64,000 nt of DNA from Octopus sinensis. Lineage: Eukaryota. Below the pieces are notes generated by a model. The model saw only the letters and a list, made by a program, of their open reading frames with translations. It searched no databases and was not told the origin of the DNA. This document shows, piece by piece, positions 1-12,870 of the stretch (positions are counted from its first letter, which is position 1; each line of letters begins with the position of its first letter). A program made the translations under genes and the position numbers. Location: contig NC_043001.1 in assembly GCF_006345805.1 (NCBI RefSeq), positions 67,890,001-67,954,000 on the forward strand. Reading direction: 5' to 3'.

Positions 1-1482
1 AGGTCCACGGATACTAGCAATCACAGCGTTCTCAGTGATAGGGAATACACAGGGGATAGTCCGTTAATTAGTATTGATAATGAGGAGTATAATGTAGTAG
101 GCGGCCGCAGTTCTCACAGTCAATATAGTAATAAGAACGCAGTATTAATATCAGAAGCTAATCCCAATAGAATAAGGTTCTTGTCTAGGAACTCCAAGAT
201 CAGAAATGCCATTTACTAATGCAATGTTTACACGGATTCGGATGTCTACTCGTATGTCGGGGCCTCATCGTCAAAATTGGCCTTGAGAATATCGAACCAT
301 TTCGCAACTTTTCGCGACGTTAATAAATACCAAGCCACAGAACTTAGCAAACTTATCTGGCGTTTGAAGAACGCGAATTCAGTTTTTAGGCTGGAATGGT
401 CGATTTTGTCGGTGGCCCTCCCGCTTGATAGAGGCAGAAGGATATGTAATCTTTGTAACTCTGAGCTTTTCCACATATTGTTCGCCAGAGGCCGTTTGGT
501 AAACGGGCTTTTACAGACTGCTTTTCGATGTCCCCATTGGCGGCGTCATACGTTTCTTACATATAAATGATACCTAAGACAATTAACACCTTGATACCCT
601 ATTAAAATGAAAATAATTTTTGGAAATAATTTTTGAAAATTTTTTAAGAAATCTCTGAATAACTCTTGCAAGGGGAAATCACTCCCCTTAGGCGATTGGT
701 CGGTTTTTTAGAAACAAGGGCTGGAATTATATACCCTCCTGATTCTTTGACGAGGATAATTTTAGACAAGCAGGCCACAGACGGACACACGAACACAGAA
801 TTATTTCAGCCGCCTGACAGGCTTTTTTCAGCAGTGCTCATTATCTAGCGCCCCTCGCCAACATACGGCGGCGCACACATAGGCTAGTATACACATACAT
901 GCTTTTAGGTAGGTATTGTCTCGCACCTAAAAAATACACCCTGTATTCTTAAAATATTCAGAACATTAGCTTTGGTCACACAGAACATCTCCACACCCCT
1001 TGTTCTCATTAATTCCTCACCTACTAGATTTGACCGCGGCCTGACCTGGATTTATTCCAACGGACCTTTTGTCGGCCCCCACCAACCCCCCGATTTCAAC
1101 GTACATTGATAAACATTTTACCCATGGGCTCTTAAGGAGCGTCCTCGTTCGAATTGCTTTGCTGCGCCTTTGTTTTGTTTTGTTCTGACAATGTAATTCC
1201 TGGTTTTTCCTGAAGAGAAAGCTGCAATATGGTATTTAATCAGAATTTGGAAAATTGTGGCCTTTGAAACATGTGTAGAATGTAATAAAAGGAATTCTGT
1301 ACAATCTTCGTTCAACTCCATTTCTTCCATTCACTAATTATATTAAACTTCAATTATCCGCACCAACGCACGGTTGCAACACCATATGGTCATATTTCCA
1401 ACCGTGTTTTTTCTGCTGTGATTTTTGCTACCCAGGTATCGGTTAAACTTTTGAATAATCCGTAACAAGATAATTCATCTTT

Positions 1483-1485
<3 letters not shown>
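1..1485 (+). mobile_element. Penelope-like element 3' part (GIY-YIG endonuclease remnant plus 3' pLTR region), running off the window start
   Basis: About 190-570 translates as IRNAIY*CNVYTDSDVYSYVGASSSKLALRISNHFATF...LSKLIW...CNLCNSELFHIL, a GIY-YIG fold homologous to ORF 22169..23140. Its 3' flank shares blocks with 27245-27370 and ends in (TA)n. Confidence 0.85.
1205..1282 (+). ncRNA. Type I hammerhead ribozyme motif (partly degenerate) in PLE 3' region
   Basis: ttttc-CTGAAGA-gaaagc...gccttt-GAAAC-ATGT-GTA-gaa. Conserved core, stem II with one mismatch, near-palindromic stem III, short stem I. Confidence 0.65.
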
Positions 1486-1525
<40 letters not shown>

Positions 1526-1622
1526 CATACACAAACACACACACATATATATAGGGATGGTATTATTAAAATACCATCACAAGTGGTAAGCGAATTATCA
1601 GCCTTACAGACAAATTAATAAA

Positions 1623-1898
1623 ATATATACAATATTAGATATGTACGTATATACACAAGGGTACTGCATGAGTACCTATATCGCTAATGGTAGAAGTCAA
1701 TGATAGAAGCATTTACTTGTTCTGACCCATTTGAGGTAAGACATTATTATTGTTCACTGATATTTTTTCCTATCTTGTATGTAATAAGTTTGTGACTATT
1801 CGGTGGTACAGAAGTATTTTTTGACTTCTATCATTAACGATATAGGTACTCATGTAGTACCCTTGTATATATATGTACATATCTAATATTGTATATAT
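1623..1898. repeat. Foldback/MITE-like inverted repeat (about 78-bp arms, about 120-bp spacer) at a (TA)n tract
   Basis: 1623-1700 is the reverse complement of 1821-1898 with about 5 transition mismatches. Confidence 0.75.
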
Positions 1899-2312
1899 AT
1901 ATATATATATATATATACATACATACACACACACATATACGTAGAAGGTTGACAGAGACAGACTGAAAAAAAGAAAATGTCTCTTGCATTTGAAAACTAT
2001 GTAAATATTTTATAAAACATTTCATTTAATTTTTCCACAATTTAATTGTTTTTCAAGCTTTACTCTTGAAAAAGTCGCAACAAAAACTCTGATATTTGTG
2101 TATAAAAGCTATTATATAAATATAAACTTTTTCAAATGTTTCTATGGAATTGGAAATATCCCCTAACACTAATAGTGTTTACACACATATAAACATGCAG
2201 AAGTACACCCTCACACATTTACGTCCATATACACATTTTAAAGGTACTACGCACGTACAAACTCATATGCGGGTGTAAACATTTGTTTAATTTGATATAC
2301 GCATATTTAAGT

Positions 2313-2361
<49 letters not shown>

Positions 2362-3554
2362 ACACACACACACACACAACATACGAATATACTTACGTGC
2401 TTAGTGGGCTATAATTCTTGTAAGTCTGTTCATTAAATCATAGCTGGTTGTATTCATTATTAGATAGCATGCTGTGTGTGTAAGCGAGAATGACTACACA
2501 AATAATTATATAAGTTTCTATATTTTTTATTACCTGGAACATTTGCATTTAAATATGTACAAAAATTATTTGAATGTAACATCTTATAAGGGATAATGAA
2601 TGTAATAGTTAAGACTACATTGCATCAATTTTTTAATTATTTATATAAAAATCATTTATGGGTATTAAGTAGACAATAAAAAGAGAAAGTTAGAAACAAC
2701 TTCTCACGCAACTGATCCCTAGAGTTCTATGTAATACATGAGGTTGTTCTGTTAAGGCGTATCCTAAATTTTACAATATTTAGTCAAAACTTCTAGAACC
2801 TTCAGCAGAATTACTTGACAGGAATATTCACAATATCACTTTCTATGGCTATTGGGTTACACACCAGCTGATTTGATTGGTCAAACCACGTTCACGTCGG
2901 CGTTAATGCCTAATATAGCAACAAAGTTAATTTCTCGTAGATAGACTTTGTCTTTTATGGCAATACAGTTAGGCCGTTGTCCGAAATTGTGAATCTGAGT
3001 GAGATGGTTCGAAAAGATACACGTGCATACACACATATTGAAATGTTCACACCCACATCCACACAGACACACACAAATACACATATATCTACATGTATAC
3101 ACACACATGCATGCTCCTACAAATGCTCCAACATGCTCCAACTTATATATTAGACAAATGTATACACATACATAAGATATACACACAAAGATATACATCT
3201 ACACAAGTACATATATGAACGCATATTTAACTCTACATATACACATATAATATGTCAATACATCTACATAGTACACTTACGCACACATATATCTAAATAT
3301 TTTTGCATATAGACATATATATTATCTATACATATTTAAATGTCTACATACATACAAACTCATATATAACCACATATTTACCTGTATATAGTAAAGTCGA
3401 TAAAAAAGAGAGTACTGTAAGCTTAACGTAGGGAGTGTAATATCCAATATTTGGAGTCTTTCTTCAGGGAAACGCTGACAGGAGGGAAATTAAAGAGGGA
3501 GAGCAGAGTTTTACATTGTTGGAGGCTGATCAAATATACATCTATTTATATATC

Positions 3555-3614
<60 letters not shown>

Positions 3615-4056
3615 ACACACACACATGCACACACACCTTATATAAAGTTATATCTATATATCTTTAAATGTCTACAAACGCATGCGCGCGTACACATACA
3701 CACAAATCCAAGTCTATTGAAATCTGTTATAAGTGCATACATTAAAAATAATTACAATTTAGATTTTTATTTTAACATTTTATTGATTTCTTTAGACTCA
3801 ATTAACGCTGTTCCCCACTCCTCACTACAACTTCTTATGTGTTTCATTATTATTTATTTTTATCGACAATAGGAAGACAAAAGGAAAGTCAATATCGCCA
3901 AATTTGTCTATGGAACGCACATGAAACATGATTGGCTGTATTATTGAGATTGTCGGTTCGTTAGCTCAAAGTTCTGAGTTCGTTCTTAAACCGCTTTACT
4001 GTTAACAAATTGTGATAAAAATAAGCTGTTATAAATGGCATTAAAATGTTACAATT

Positions 4057-4490
4057 ACATTTAAACCGGCATCATATAACTCAAACAATCAGTTGTCATA
4101 GTTTATCTAGTCCGGCATCATAGTCTCAAACATCTCTGATATTTAATTCTGCATCATATAATCTTGAGTAACTCAAACACTTAATCCAGTGTCATAGTCT
4201 TGAACAACTCTAATATTCAATCCAGCATCATAGTTTCAAACATTCTCTGACATTTACTCCGACATCATTTATACTCTTCTTGATTACTTCTGACGTTTAT
4301 TACGGCATGAAATTATCTTGATCACCTCTAACATTTAACCCGGCATCATAGTCCTTATCATCTCTAACATTTAACAGATATCATAGAGTGTTAAGCATTT
4401 CATTTAATCCAACATCATATAATCTTGAGCAATTCTAACATTTAATCTGGTATCATATAATCTTGATGATCTTAAACATATTAAACGATA
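4057..4490. repeat. Degenerate minisatellite, about 12 units, mostly 36-38 bp
   Basis: Recurring CATTTAATCCRGCATCATA(G/TAA)TCTTGA..A.CTCTAA units of variable length. Confidence 0.75.
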
Positions 4491-5534
4491 TCAAACCATT
4501 ATAATTCGCACGTCATTATTTAAACATTCTAAATTAGCCACTATATGGTTCGTATAAAGAGCTAGAAATAGCAGCCACCTTTCATTCAAATCACGCACTG
4601 CAGCCTTATAAATGTGAATGGGATAACTGCGTCAAGTATGATGCCGTCCTAGATACACTACGGCGATGGTCAGAGCTGGAAACACCTCTGATCATATATC
4701 TGCTCAGTCATGATTAGCCTGAGGCTAAACAACATCAATAATAACAACGAGTACGACGATGTACAAAGACGCCTATATGTACCAACTGCTAGGAAAAGCA
4801 GCCAACTTTCACCCAAAATCATACCCTACCGTCTTAAAACAGCAAGGACAAATTGGAAAATGTACGCAAAGGTATACAAGCACGACTGTCATAGTTTGAA
4901 CACTTTTAATCATAGATCTGTTGATTCTGAGTTCAACATATAAAAATAGTAAAAAACAAGGGTTTTGAAACAAATTGCTTTGCTTTTAACCATCCTGTAA
5001 TTATTAGAAATTCACTGAAAATGGGGTTATTTCTTCATTAATAAAATATGTTTATGTTATTTTGTTTTTAGGTAATTTCCTGAAAACGTATTTATTTTGG
5101 TTTTTATAGCTTCAACCAAATTTTGCGAATTCTGAAATAATTTGGAAGGAATAAAAAAATAAGTTCTTTATTTTATGAATGATTTATTTCAATGAAATTA
5201 TGGAACAGCAACAGCTGCTTACCTGGCTCTTCTAATTGGAGATGCATACACACACGCACGAAGCGCGCATGCACGCGCACACACACACGCACGAAGCGCG
5301 CATGCACGCGCACACACACACGCACATATACACAAACACACACATATGCACATACACAAGCACACACACACTCACATACACACGCACATACACACATACT
5401 TTCACTCACATACACACAAATATATATACACATAAATATATACTAGCTGGACCCGTGAAAAATTCACAGAAAACATAAAGATGTAAACATCTGTAAACAG
5501 TGTACTGGTGCCATGAGAAATGTTTGAATATTAT

Positions 5535-5690
5535 AACCGTCTGTCTTTACGCTCTGAGTTCAAATTCTGCCAAGATCGACTTTACCTTCCACCCTTTCGG
5601 AGTCGATAAATTAAGTACCAGTTGTGTACTGAGGTCGATCTAATCAACTGGCCCTTCCCCACAAAAAATTCAGGCCTAGAAAAGTATATT
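5535..5690 (+). mobile_element. tRNA-derived SINE, family B (5'-truncated)
   Basis: CTGAGTTCAAATTC B-box and GTCGAC..CCTTTCGGAGTCGATAAATTAAGTACCAG core, matching the copy at 45961. Confidence 0.8.
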
Positions 5691-5861
5691 GTGACAGTTA
5701 CAGAATATAGAGAGTAATGTATCACCAATGACTATATAATCCAACCAAAATTTCTGTTACACAAACGTAAACGGAATTACTATTTAACCTTAAATTACAT
5801 CGTACATATTCAAAGAACCTTCTTGGTTTAGTGGTACGGAACGTTTTTCTGGTATTCTTTT

Positions 5862-6065
5862 ATTCTTTTACTTGTTTCAGTCATTTGACGGTGACCATGC
5901 TGGAGCACCACCCTTTAGTCGAAGAAATTGACCCCTGGATTTATTCCCTGTAAGCTTGGTGCTTATTCTATCAGTCTCTTCCGCTAAACAGCTAAATTAC
6001 AGGAACGCAAACGCACCAACATCGGTTGTCAAGCAATGTTGGTGGTGGGACAAACGCAGACACAA
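5862..6065 (-). mobile_element. SINE family A, 3' half
   Basis: Reverse complement of the ...CCAGCATGG.CAC.GTCAAATGACTGAAACAAGTAAAAG tail seen at 38615-38670. Confidence 0.8.
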
Positions 6066-6419
6066 ATATACATACATCCAACCAACCAACCAACCAACCA
6101 ACCAACCAACCAACCATCCATCCATCCATCCATCCATCCATACATACATATGACGGGCTTGGAGAGAGTGGTGATACCAGCTGGTACCATTTTGTGGTTT
6201 GCTGGTATGCCGAGAGAGATCCAGCGGGTCCCTAACTGGTTCCCTGATCTTAAAGGTGTAATGTGGATGCGTAATGATAGAGCGGCTGGTGTGGTGGTGA
6301 TGCTAGCTGGTGCGGTGGTCTTCCTCACAGTACTTCATGGTAGACAATATTTTGTATGTCACACCACATTTTTGACCTTGTCTGTTATCCCAATTGAGTG
6401 TCATAACTCTTACTTTGAT

Positions 6420-6630
6420 ATTGTTCCATAGCTCGTCCTCTTGAAAATGCGACATATAATTGGCCATGAGAAAATACCGGTTGAAGCAAATGTATTCCAA
6501 CTTTTTCAAATGTTTGCCTTTGAGCCTTATTAATTCTCATTAAATATGCCAGTCGAAGTGGCAACTGAAGTCTTTTAGTGTGAATGGAATATTTGCATCA
6601 CTTGGACTAAGTTTACAAATAGAAATGCAA
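6420..6630 (-). mobile_element. Helitron Pif1-like helicase C-terminal remnant
   Basis: Minus strand reads KLSPSDANIPFTL/RLQLPLRLAYLMRINKAQRQTFEKVGIHLLQPVFSHGQLYVAFSRGR with one frameshift. This matches the Pif1 motif V-VI signature (TINKAQGQT...VFSHGQLYVALSR). It is not in the supplied ORF track. Confidence 0.85.
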
Positions 6631-6899
6631 AAGAACGAATAATAAATGGATTTATAAATGAAAGTTTGGTAATTGCATTTATTTCCACCACGCGACACTT
6701 ATTATTGCAAACATGTTTTAACTAACCTAAACTATACACACACACAAATACATTCATATATATATATATATATATATGTCGGGGCCAGCCTTGTTATATT
6801 CTGTGTGAGGCTGAATCTCCCTGAGAACTACGTTAATGTTATGTATGTCTGTGGAGTACTCAGCCATTTGTGAGTTAATTTTATCTTGGTGTATAACTG

Positions 6900-7180
6900 A
6901 CAGCCGCTCTCTTTCTATCTCACTTTTTCTCACTCTCTTTCTTTCTCTCTTACACCCTCTCTGAAACATTTAAAAACACAAAACGAACGCCGTCACCTGT
7001 CACTATCTCTTTCACTTTCTCTCTCTTTCTCTCTTGCTTCCTCTCTGAAGCATTTAAAAACACAAATCGAACGCCATCACCGTTCACTGTCTCTTTCACT
7101 CTCTCTTCTCTCTCACTCTCTCTCTTTCTCTCTTACTTCCTCTCTGTCATCCTCTCTCTCGCTTTGCCACTTCTTTGAAG
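6900..7180. repeat. Local tandem repeat of about 85-95 bp CT-rich units (2-3 copies)
   Basis: CTCTCTGAA.CATTTAAAAACACAAA.CGAACGCC.TCACC repeated at about 6957 and 7042. Confidence 0.65.
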
Positions 7181-7744
7181 TGTGACGCACACAACAGGTA
7201 CGTACAAAAACGAAAAGCGTATTAATATTATTGATACTCACACACATGTATACATACATGTACACATACACAATACGTATACATATATACACATACATAC
7301 ACACATTCGTACACACACACACACACGTGCATGCACACACATATAAATCACACTTAATGTAAATACATCGTTGAAAGGCAAATTTACTACGGTAGTTGTT
7401 CAGTGATTACAACTCTTACGGATGTGCTGTGTTCAAAACCTCAATATATATCGGAGTGAGACGAAAATCGCCCCAGAAACGGTTAACGAGGACGACAGAC
7501 GCATTTCTGTATCGTTGGGCGTTGTCATTGGTCTACACCTCACAACCTGTCACATGATTAGATGGAATTTGTTAACGCTCAAAGGCAGAAATGCATGGAT
7601 CAACTCTACATTAATGTTTTAAATAACATCCATGGATCAAATCTGCGTTAATGCAGTTGATCACATTCATGAAACAACTTTGAATTAATGTGGGAGATAA
7701 CATGTATGCATCAACTTTGCATTAATGAAGCAGATAACATGCTA

Positions 7745-7945
7745 GGACCAACTCAAAACAACACTGAAAGCCGCTGAACTTGAGCCTAAATCGTTTGAAA
7801 TGCAAGCCCGAGACCGTACCAAGTAGCAGTATTCCATCACCATCGAAAGCAAAAACTCTCCTTCCACCAGCATTACTATAGAAACAATACCACCGTCTCT
7901 TCTATGCAAGAATTGGTCTACGCAGTCATCAACATCTTCACCATA
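7745..7945 (+). mobile_element. RTE-clade LINE ORF C-terminal fragment
   Basis: DQLKTTLKAAELEPKSFEMQARDRTK ... YHRLFYARIGLRSHQHLH; the latter is the RTE/BovB-type terminal zinc-finger-like motif. Confidence 0.65.
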
Positions 7946-8536
7946 AAGAAAGCGCTATGCAAAGAAGAAAGTAAAATCTTGTATAAGAGGTCAAACCGAC
8001 GACGACGACGAATGAAAGGTTTAACAACCATGGATCAATTCTACATATATGAGTTCAGTTCTGACGAGCGGATACGATCTTTCTTGGGAGATAGAATGAT
8101 TAGATTGGTATGATGTGAAATGCACATATTAAATGAGGACCATCGCTGCATTGTCGTTCGACATACTAGGAACAGCAGTAATATCACCCCCACTTCACAT
8201 ACACACCACCATCCTACCCACCTAAGAAAGAGGATAGTCAACATAGTTCTTTTCAATGACACTGTTTTAAAAATGAAAACGGAATAGTCACGGGTGGAAT
8301 ACTTTTTGGCACGCAGGTCTGCTCCATCAGAATCAGCAACAAGCGAAACAATGGCAACGATAACTGATTTGATGGGCAGAACAACACGAAAACTGATATT
8401 ATCGGTTGAAGTTTAGTCATTTAGGTCAACAATTTTTAACGTCTCCAGGTTGTACACAATAAAGTGTGGTTGAGGTCAAACCGGTTCATTGCTTATGACG
8501 TCATTATCTATTGATTTACGTTACGTCACTAGCTGT

Positions 8537-8600
<64 letters not shown>

Positions 8601-8642
8601 TTTTTCTTTCTTTCTTCCTTTCTTTCGCTCTCTCTGTCTCTC

Positions 8643-8695
<53 letters not shown>

Positions 8696-8989
8696 TCTCA
8701 TGTATCGTCTGTCTTACATACTACTATGTAACTACTGCGTGCAATTTGTACATACTTTTACATCAGCTATGTATATATTGTTTTTCCTTTTACATACGCG
8801 CGCACACACAGACACACACACAGTTGCGCGCGCACACGTATACACACCGACACACAGACACACGCCGACACACAGACACACACCGAAACACACACACACA
8901 TTTACATACATATATGAATTATATTTATGCATTTTTATAGATTTACTAGCAAAGATACCCGGCGTTGCTCGGGATTAACATGACACAAT

Positions 8990-9285
8990 TTTTTAGTTTT
9001 ACTTGTTTCGGTCATGTGTCTGCGGCTATGCTGGAGCCCCGCCTTAGTCGAAGAAATCGACCCAAAGATTTATTCTTTGTAAGCCTAGTACTTATTCTAT
9101 CGGTGTGTTTTGCCGGGGACGTAAAGACAGTAACATCGGTTGTAGAGCGATGGTGGGGGTACAACTCTCTTTCTCTCTCTCACACAGACACAGACACAAA
9201 TATACACATATATACGACAGTCTCCTTTCAGTTTTCGTGTACGAAATCCACTCAGAAGGCTTTGGTGGCCCCGAGGCTATAGTGT
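8990..9285 (-). mobile_element. SINE family A (degenerate)
   Basis: Reverse complement of both halves of the 38208-38675 element. Confidence 0.75.
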
Positions 9286-9541
9286 GTGTGTATATGTGTG
9301 TATATATATACATATACATATATGTATGTGTGTGTGTGTGAGTGTGTGTGTGTGTGTATGAGGTGAGAGAGTAGGTATGTGAAAGCACGTGGCTGGATAT
9401 ATAAAAGACAAAATAAAATGAGAAAACTACAGAAGACTTGTATTATATGGTTAAAGCGTAGGTTTCCTTATTTAATCTAACTTGTGTTGGTGTTCCAATG
9501 GCACGTTGATAAAATGGAAAAATTACAAATTGTGATAGCAA

Positions 9542-9711
9542 GCGTAGGTGTGGCTGTGTGGTAAGTAGCTTGTTTACGGACCACATGATTCTGGGTTCAG
9601 TCCCACTGCGTGGCAATTGGGCAAGTGTGTTCTGCTATAGCCTTGGGCCGACCAAAGCCTTGTGAGTGGATTTGGTAGACGGAAATTGAAAAAAGCCCGT
9701 CGTATATATGT

Positions 9712-9759
<48 letters not shown>

Positions 9760-10029
9760 TATATATTATATATATATATATGTGTGTGTGTGGTGTGTGT
9801 GTGTGTGTGTGTGTATGTGTTTGTGTGTCTGTGTTTGTGCCCCAATATCACTTGACAACCGATGCTGGTGTGTTTACATCCACGTAACTTAGCGGTTCCG
9901 CAATAGAAACCGATAGAATATGCACTAGGCTTACAAAGAATAAGCCCTGGTGTCGATGTGCTCGACTAAAGGCGGTGCTCCAGCATGGCCACAGTCAAAT
10001 GAGTGAAACAAGTAAAAGAGTAAAAGAGT
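9542..10029 (+). mobile_element. SINE family A, full length with central (TA)/(TG) microsatellite
   Basis: A-box TGGCTGTGTGG, B-box GGTTCAGTCCC, central microsatellite, 3' tail ending in GAAACAAGTAAAAGAGTAAAAGAG. Confidence 0.85.
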
Positions 10030-10039
10030 AAATCGTCAT

Positions 10040-11843
10040 GTTAGAAAAATGTTATAAAATTTTGTGTGTAGTGACATTGTTTTTGCAGAAATAATCGGTT
10101 TCGTATTTTCTTTTCAAATTTTTCAAATTTCTTTACCGATATTGTGTCATCTTTTCGCTATGGTGTGAAGTAGGAGAGTTCCAAACAGGGGGAGTTAATC
10201 AAGGATTTTTTCGGTGTAAGGGAGATAATCAAAAATGTTGGGAATGATTAGGTTTTATCAATTTGACATGATTTGGTTTTGATAGAATAGAATGTTAGAA
10301 GTGGTTACGTTTTGCTTTATATTTTTCAATGAGGTAAGGTTCCTTATTTATAAATACTAGAAATGGTTAAGGTTTGGTTTATATTTTTCATAAGTAGGTT
10401 TCTTTATTTAATCTAACTTCTGTTGGTGTTCCAATGACGCGTTGATAAAATGGAAAGATTACAAATTGTGGTAGCAGCTGCTTTGCGCATATCTCAATAC
10501 GTTCACTAAAGGGTATCATTCTGTATTCTGGGAATGCAATCTGCTGTCGGTGCAGAGTGAATCTACGTCTGAGCGGTAATCCCGTGGACCCAATGTAGAT
10601 TTGGTGGCAGCCCGAGTATCTTATAACATAAATCAGATTTCTGGAGCATAAATAAAATCAGATTTGATTTTTAATTTTTGTCCCTCTTTAAAATGGAATT
10701 CCGATCCTTCTAGACGGTTTGGGTATGTCGCGCAATTTGGTCGACCACATTTTTTCACTTTTGCATCCGTTATTTTAGAAAATGATTTTGCCTTTGTGAG
10801 AATCTTTTTTAGTGATTTCGGTTGTTTGTGGCTTTTAATGATCTTATGTGTATACAACATTTCTTTTAATTTGGGGTCCTTATGTAGCATTGGTAAATTT
10901 TGGATGATAACGGTGAAGGCTTCTTTGTTTCTGGGGTTGTTTCTGGATATGTACGGCAGTATTTTCGGGGAAGGTGTGTTGCTGTATTGAACCTTTCTTA
11001 AGGGTTTTATATCGATTTGTGTTGCACGTCTGATTACATCCTCCATGAGTTGTGTTTGTCAAATCGGGGTATTTTTGAGTTTTTGCAGCCTAAAGTCTCT
11101 GGTATTTTTTTCTGACACAATTGTGCATATCCTTCTTGCAGAGTTGAAGGGAATGCTTGTTTTGGTGTGTCTTGGGTGGCATGAATTAAATAGTAGTTAT
11201 TGTTTGACGTTTGTAGTTTTGTAAAATATGTCCGTTTCTATTTTTAGGTTTATTATTTTAATTAGTATATCCAAGAATGCAAGCTCCTTTTGGTTGTATT
11301 CCATTGTGAACTGTATGTCTGGGTTGACGCTGTTCAATAGTCTTTTGAATTCCAGGAGTTTGTCTTTTTATTCCAGATGATGAAACAGTCGTCTAGGAAT
11401 CTTTTCCAATTTTCTTTTACGTGTTGCGAAAGAGGGTTTCCAAAGGTAGATAAAAGATTCCTAGTATATTATTATTTCCAGTGTTATCAAACATGAAATG
11501 GTTGTTTCGTAGGATGAATTCAACCGATTCAATTATGAATTCTTTGCCGATCCTTTCCAGTATTTCTTCAAGATATTGGTCCAGCCAGAACTGAATTGTC
11601 TCTAGCCCATAATTATGAGGTATACTAGTATATAAGTTAATCAGATCAAATGAAACCATGGTGGTTTCTCCCTTCACTTTTTTTGGAGGTGATTTAACAT
11701 GTCCAAGTCATCTCTGATATAGCTATTGATGTGTTTAAGGAAGGGTTTCAGGAGGATGTCTATAAATAGACTTAGTCTGTGTGTTCAGGGGCCGGGCCAG
11801 CTATAATGGGTCGCAATTTTAGGTCCCGTGGGTTTGGTGTATG

Positions 11844-11845
<2 letters not shown>
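10040..11845 (-). mobile_element. Penelope-like element (Neptune-like) RT-linker-GIY-YIG, pseudogenised with internal deletions
   Basis: THRLSLFIDILLKPFLKHINSYIRDDLDML, MVSFDLINLYTSIPH (RT), KKCGRPNCAT (Zn-linker), and at about 10450-10630 YSGCHQIYIGSTGLPLRRRFTLHRQQI (GIY-YIG). Confidence 0.85.
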
Positions 11846-11898
<53 letters not shown>

Positions 11899-11931
11899 AA
11901 ATGAAATAAAAAACAGAACACAAAGGATGTC

Positions 11932-12023
11932 GCGGTACACGTGTTTCAAGCTTTATAAAACAACTTATTCTTACATCATTGTATAATCGACATAACAGAG
12001 GATTTAAAGCTCTCTTCAGCCGC
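11932..12023 (-). ncRNA. Type I hammerhead ribozyme, apparently intact
   Basis: gcgg-CTGAAGA-gagcttta...taaagctt-GAAAC-ACGT-GTA-ccgc. Stem I is 4 bp, stem II is 8 bp, stem III is the palindrome ACACGTGT, and the cleavage triplet is GUA. Confidence 0.85.
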
Positions 12024-12477
12024 ATGCAATTGCTATACCAAAGACCTGCATCACATTATGAAAAGTCCGAAAAGGAACATTTGGTATTATCTATAATGGT
12101 AGGTATATTGAGTTTCACTGAGAAAGTATGTTTGTAAATCTTCATAATCAAATAGGTGTGCAGGGTATTATTGGACTTCGAAAATCCGTCCATACTGTAT
12201 CATCAGTCAATATAGTGTGAATGCTGAGTAGATTCTAGTGGGTTCATTCCTCTTGTAAGGGAAGGAAACAAGGAGAATTGAAGGTTGAGAAAAAAGAGAA
12301 AGAAAAGGAAAAAGAAGAATAGAGGGGAAGAGAAGGAAACGGTAATAATGTTGGGATCACAAGTAAAAATATAAATATAAATGGATATAATACAATAAAA
12401 TATAATAAAAAATATAAAGATATAAAAATATAAAAATATAAAGATATAAAAATATAAAAATATAAAAAAAATATATA

Positions 12478-12870
12478 TCTATATATATAAAACTGAGAAT
12501 GTGTGTGTGTGTGTATGTCTGTCTGTCTGTGTGTTTCCCTAAAACTTGAGAACTACTCAACCAATTTCCTTCAAATTTTACACATGCCTTACTTAGGGTC
12601 CGGGGAGTGTTATCGGCAAAAAAGTTCAACTTCTTGCCTAGGACGAGCCCATAGTAATATCATATCTTCTCCACTATGATTCCCTAAAACTTGAGAACTA
12701 CACAACCAATTTCATTCAAATTTTACACATGCCTTACTGAGGGTCCATGTAGTGTCATGGGCAAAAAAAAATGTTCAACTTCTTGTCTAGGGCGAGCCCA
12801 TAGTAATATCATATCTTCTCCACTATTTCAGTATTACGTGTTAAAAGTGAAACAAAAACATCTCTCTATT
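12478..12870 (+). mobile_element. Non-autonomous Helitron/HINE(DINE-1)-like element with two internal about 145-bp tandem units
   Basis: ATCTATATATATAAAA 5' end, (GT)/(GTCT) microsatellite, then AACTAC.CAACCAATTTC.TTCAAATTTT repeated. A diverged copy lies on the minus strand at about 16060-16258. Confidence 0.55.

Noticed and set aside
4057-4490. CRISPR-like periodicity of about 37 bp
   Set aside because: Whole units are homologous with no unique spacers, the context is eukaryotic, and there are no cas genes.
8055-8125. CTGACGA followed distantly by GAAA
   Set aside because: No supporting helices.
9445-9542. Extra copy of the Neptune-like PLE ORF end
   Set aside because: It is a short, about 92% identical fragment consistent with ordinary PLE partial tandem structure and adds nothing beyond the PLE call.
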